From assembly GCA_036337435.1 (NCBI GenBank), contig JAYZEG010000045.1, positions 1 through 20,790 of the forward strand: a stretch of DNA of 20,790 bases, in the 5' to 3' direction. Position numbers and translations under genes: made by a program. The notes beneath the pieces are model-generated. The model was not told the origin of the DNA and ran no database searches. It saw only the letters and a program-made list of their open reading frames with translations. Positions 17,316-20,790 of this stretch are shown one piece after another (the stretch's first letter is position 1; the number at the start of each line of letters is the position of its first letter). This DNA comes from Myxococcota bacterium. Its GTDB lineage: Bacteria > Myxococcota_A > Bradymonadia > UBA7976 > UBA1532.

Positions 17316-18092
17316 TCAGGCAATAATGGCAATACACTGCTGAGCACTCGCCAGTAGTTGACCATCCGTTGACCAAATTTGATTGGTCTCGCTACCAAAC
17401 CCGCCCCCGCTAAAATGCCCTTTGATGTCCAGCAGCAGGGGTTTGTTCTTAATGGGCAGCGCATCACTGTTGAAATTAACCTGAATCGAGGTTGTCCCCA
17501 TGGGTCTCATGCGCTCGGTTGTCACGAAAAAAGATGGCCACCATGCATCGATTAGAGCGGCGACGTGCGCCACTCCTAACTCAGTCACCTCTGGATCGCG
17601 ACATTGGATATAGCCTCCAGTCATGGGGGCACCACCCGACAAGATCATCTGTCCGATGCAAGGCTGTAGCACGAAATGCTTCGTATAAGGCGGCAGGGGC
17701 ATCGACGGCCCAATGGCCGTCACATTGTCTGGGGATTTGGCGTTCGGTGGGTCCAAAAACAGCCGGTCAGGAAATGTATTGCGGCTACGGCCTGTAAAAA
17801 CGGAGCCATGGGCCACGCAGGTCTCGCCTTGCATAAAGGCCACATCGAAAGTCTGCGTGTTGGAGCCGCTACGCCGACAAAGAGCGATACATTCGGTTTC
17901 CACGTTTGGCCGCGCCAGAGCACTAAAATTGAGCTGCAGAGTTCTCACGGGATGCTCTGCCTGACTTTCCACCTTTGCGATGGCTGCGGCCATCACCAGC
18001 CCGCCATAGACACCGTCTTGTAAGCAAAAGTCACTGTGAAACTCGAATCTGGGCTTGAGACAGTCGCTCAGCACCCCATTAAGATTTGCCAT
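17316..18092 (-). CDS. Thioesterase family protein (TesB-like double hot-dog fold)
   Basis: AAGGGAG RBS. Motifs GVYGGLVMAAA, ALIDAWWP, GGFGSETNQIWSTDGQLLASAQQ. Length 258 aa fits the family. Confidence 0.85.
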   Translation of the reverse strand: MANLNGVLSDCLKPRFEFHSDFCLQDGVYGGLVMAAAIAKVESQAEHPVRTLQLNFSALARPNVETECIALCRRSGSNTQTFDVAFMQGETCVAHGSVFTGRSRNTFPDRLFLDPPNAKSPDNVTAIGPSMPLPPYTKHFVLQPCIGQMILSGGAPMTGGYIQCRDPEVTELGVAHVAALIDAWWPSFFVTTERMRPMGTTSIQVNFNSDALPIKNKPLLLDIKGHFSGGGFGSETNQIWSTDGQLLASAQQCIAIIA

Positions 18093-18257
18093 TTGTCTCC
18101 CTTATTAATGAGTGCACGAACCAGAAATGACGTCCTTAGTGCGTCCTCGGGGACGCCGCGTGTAACCAATGCGTGGTGCAACCGGACGGCCTAGGGCGAG
18201 TATCACAGTGGCATCGCTTATGGCTCTTCATTCGTATACTTCCCTCATTTAAGTCAC

Positions 18258-19181
18258 CTATCGGACTTCCAGGCTGTATAAAAGGGAGTCCAATGCTCTC
18301 CGCAACGTCCATGCCGCCGCCTCGGGTGGCTCAGCGAGGGATTGCGCTAACGCCGCCTCTGCCAATTGCTCAGCCCATGTGCCTCGGCCAAGTTTCAATG
18401 CGCTGACCAACCTCTTCAGGGTTTTTCGGTAAATCTCAGCACAGCCTTTGGCATCACCGCCATTGAACACGGGCACGCCCCGCTCGATGGCCGAAACCAA
18501 AAGAGGACCAACATCCACAGCAACCTCAGTGCGTTGTGTACGACGCACTGGTTTCATCTGCTTCAAGGTCACACTGAATGAGCCCGGACGTTTATCGGCG
18601 ATGAGAAGACCTAGTTCGCCGACTCGCTTGAGCCCTGTGTTTAGATGCGGTCCGTCAATTTGACGCCCGAACCGTTTCAGGACAAAGGCCGAAAACGGAA
18701 TGAAAACTCGGGTATCGCCTGCCGATTTGGTGTGAACCAACGCCCGGTAGCCCCCGGCACGAATGATTCGGTCAGCACGTTGAAGCGTCACTTGAATCGC
18801 CCGGCCTTGACCTGCAATGACCACCTCCACGCCATCGTAGGCCGACCAGTCGTGCCAGTTATCCGAGTTTCGTATAGAAACAAAACCACCGTTATTCTCG
18901 AGACTTAAACTGCCAGACCAAATAAGTTCACCAAGCTCATTGGTCGTCACTGTCGCGGACGAGCGTCCACCCATAACTGTGTCATTGACGGTGTTCCAGT
19001 TCAGCTGACCAATGGTCATGAGTCCCTCTGAGCGTCGAGCGTGGAGTGGGTCTGATGCGAGACCCAGCAGAACAAAGCAGTGAACCGATAGATAAAGCGA
19101 CCTAAGAGCGCGGTGCCCGACGCCGGCTAACGGTCGCCCAAAAACAAGCGTCGACCACTTTTGGCTATTGTGTGGGTCCAT
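18258..19181 (-). CDS. CIA30 (complex I intermediate-associated protein 30) family protein with C-terminal helical extension
   Basis: WNTVNDTVMGGRS, GSLSLENNGGFVSIR, IPFSAF, GLLIADKRPGSF. The start position is uncertain, and a signal-like hydrophobic stretch lies at aa ~28-47. Confidence 0.85.
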   Translation of the reverse strand: MDPHNSQKWSTLVFGRPLAGVGHRALRSLYLSVHCFVLLGLASDPLHARRSEGLMTIGQLNWNTVNDTVMGGRSSATVTTNELGELIWSGSLSLENNGGFVSIRNSDNWHDWSAYDGVEVVIAGQGRAIQVTLQRADRIIRAGGYRALVHTKSAGDTRVFIPFSAFVLKRFGRQIDGPHLNTGLKRVGELGLLIADKRPGSFSVTLKQMKPVRRTQRTEVAVDVGPLLVSAIERGVPVFNGGDAKGCAEIYRKTLKRLVSALKLGRGTWAEQLAEAALAQSLAEPPEAAAWTLRRALDSLLYSLEVR

Positions 19182-19393
19182 CAGTTCACCCGTTCAGGGC
19201 CGTGATTCGGCAGCCCCCGTAGCTGACGAACATGACCACCCAGAGATGCCATAGCGCGCGGTTCGGTGGCAGCTCAACTGTTTTTCACTGCCATGACTGC
19301 TGGGGGATGATGAACAAGCCCCTTTGTAATTTGGGTTTTCGGAGCCTATTCTTGCTAGGCTGGACGAGGCAGAGGGTGTCGAAGGGAGCAAGA

Positions 19394-20790
19394 ATGATGG
19401 TCAAGCGAGTGTTTTGTATCTGTTTACTGAGCTTTGGGTGTTCAGAAGATTTAAGTGTATCTGAACTCTCTGATGACGCCGATGCAATCGTCGACTTAGA
19501 CCATAGTAGTACGTCAACCGGCGACATGGCGACGCTAAAAATGGATAGCGGCGGAACTGGCGGCGAAGCTGGTACAGGTGGCACCGCTGGCGCAGGCGGC
19601 GAAGCTGGCACGGGCGGCGAAGACCCACCTGCCCCCACCTGCGACGATCTCATTGTTAACGGCCTAGAGAGCGACGTGGATTGCGGCGGCAATGACTGCC
19701 AGCCCTGTGTCGCTGGATTCAATTGCCGTGTCGATGAAGACTGCCAAAGTGGTGTTTGCGGCGGAGGCCTTTGTGCTGAGCCAGCTTGTGGCGACCGAGT
19801 CCTTAATGGCGGCGAGCAATGTGACGATGGCAACCTGATCGACGGCGATGGATGCCAGGCTGACTGCACGCTGCCTACCTGTGGAAACAACATGATCGAT
19901 CCAGGTGAAGGCAGTTGTGACTGCCCGGACAATAGAGCAAATATTGATGAGGATCCGGCCAACGGATGCGAGTGTGAAATCTTATCCGCGACCGATGAGT
20001 CTTGCGATGGCATTGATGACGACTGCAGCGGTGATGCCGATGAAGACTATATTCCCGAAGAATCCAGTTGCGGCGTGGGTGCCTGTAGGGCCACTGGAAT
20101 GACGTCGTGTAACGACGGAAATGTCGTTGACGATTGCACCCCAGGTGAGCCAGCAAATGACGATGAAAGTTGTGACGGTGCCGACAATGATTGTGATGGC
20201 ATGCTTGATGAGGACCATCTTGCCGCTGAAAGTCAATGCGGCGCAGGGGCATGTTCAGCGCGAGGCTTGATTGAATGCAACAATGGTGCACTCATCGATA
20301 CATGTGAACCAAGTAATCCATCTATTGATGATTCGACCTGCGACGGGGTTGATGACGATTGCGACGGATCAGTCGACGAAGACTTTGTGAGTCCACCCGA
20401 TGAAGAAACAGACTGTGGGGGTTTCGACAATGCTTGCTCCGAGGTCGGCACGTTAACCGTGCGACGAACCATTTGCCTCAACGGCGAGCTCCGCGTCAAT
20501 GAAGCAGCAATGGCCTGTAATCGCGACACCGATGGCACCGTGACAAACCAACCGGAATTCGGCCAATGTGTCTTTGCTGACGCGTGCGCCGAGGCAGGGC
20601 AACAGACCAGGACCAATACCGTCTGTCGAAATGGCGTGGCCGTCGATGAAGACGAAGCACAAGACTGCGGCCGCGACACCGATGGCACCGTGACAAACCA
20701 ACCGGAATTCGGCCAATGTGTCTTTGCCGACGCATGCGCCGAGGCAGGCCAGCAGACCAGGACCAATACCGTCTGTCGAAATGGCGTGGC
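19394..20790 (+). CDS. Cys-rich repeat surface lipoprotein (myxobacterial Cys-rich and CDGxDDDCDG repeats), 3'-partial; absent from the ORF track because it has no stop in the window
   Basis: AAGGGAG RBS then ATG ATG (19394/19397): MMVKRVFCICLLSFG-C-SEDL..., Gly-rich linker GGTGGEAGTGG, TCDDLIVNGLESDVDCGG, CGDRVLNGGEQCDDGNLIDGDGC, SCDGIDDDCSG, SCDGADNDCDG, TCDGVDDDCDG. The frame stays open to the window end. Confidence 0.9.
   Translation, partial: MMVKRVFCICLLSFGCSEDLSVSELSDDADAIVDLDHSSTSTGDMATLKMDSGGTGGEAGTGGTAGAGGEAGTGGEDPPAPTCDDLIVNGLESDVDCGGNDCQPCVAGFNCRVDEDCQSGVCGGGLCAEPACGDRVLNGGEQCDDGNLIDGDGCQADCTLPTCGNNMIDPGEGSCDCPDNRANIDEDPANGCECEILSATDESCDGIDDDCSGDADEDYIPEESSCGVGACRATGMTSCNDGNVVDDCTPGEPANDDESCDGADNDCDGMLDEDHLAAESQCGAGACSARGLIECNNGALIDTCEPSNPSIDDSTCDGVDDDCDGSVDEDFVSPPDEETDCGGFDNACSEVGTLTVRRTICLNGELRVNEAAMACNRDTDGTVTNQPEFGQCVFADACAEAGQQTRTNTVCRNGVAVDEDEAQDCGRDTDGTVTNQPEFGQCVFADACAEAGQQTRTNTVCRNGV
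20522..20790 (+). repeat. 150-bp (50-aa) coding tandem repeat, at least 1.8 copies, running off the window
   Basis: CGCGACACCGATGGCACCGTGACAAACCAACCGGAATTC... starts at 20522 and again at 20672. Unit RDTDGTVTNQPEFGQCVFADACAEAGQQTRTNTVCRNGVAVDEDEAQDCG. Confidence 0.95.

Noticed and set aside
14804..18092. Deacetylase + esterase + thioesterase run as a biosynthetic or catabolic cluster
   Set aside because: The genes are separated by ~140-340-nt gaps, each has its own RBS, and they differ in predicted localisation. No synthase, transporter or regulator links them.
19285..20766. Several long minus-strand ORFs (19285-20013, 19875-20291, 20233-20766 etc.)
   Set aside because: Antisense shadows of the plus-strand Cys-rich lipoprotein gene starting at 19394.

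Overview
Bacterial chromosomal window of moderately high GC, with no rRNA, tRNA, CRISPR or transposase recognised. The many lipoproteins with acidic linkers and Cys-rich 'CDGxDDDCDG' / 'CGDxxxxxxEQCDDGN' repeats suggest a Myxococcota/Bradymonadia-type deltaproteobacterium (inference). Twelve CDSs are supported: a VWA + Asp-box propeller + OmpA protein (5'-partial), a YceI lipoprotein, a CapA-family protein, a 1495-aa beta-helix/Cys-repeat lipoprotein, a hypothetical lipoprotein, a long GT51 transglycosylase, a 100-aa hypothetical, an HDAC/AcuC-type deacetylase, a PHB-depolymerase-type esterase, a thioesterase, a CIA30 protein, and a 3'-partial Cys-rich repeat lipoprotein missing from the ORF track. 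The most notable observations are: (1) six tandem YPMGEW peptides, varying only at synonymous sites, inserted in the beta-helix lipoprotein; (2) an in-frame TAG at codon 22 of the otherwise intact deacetylase; (3) a hidden, start-less, Lys-rich 8-Cys reading frame at 2782-3026 with a frameshifted, degenerate upstream copy; (4) mutually exclusive SD/anti-SD helices in the yceI leader. No complete novel multi-gene system can be demonstrated from this window alone.
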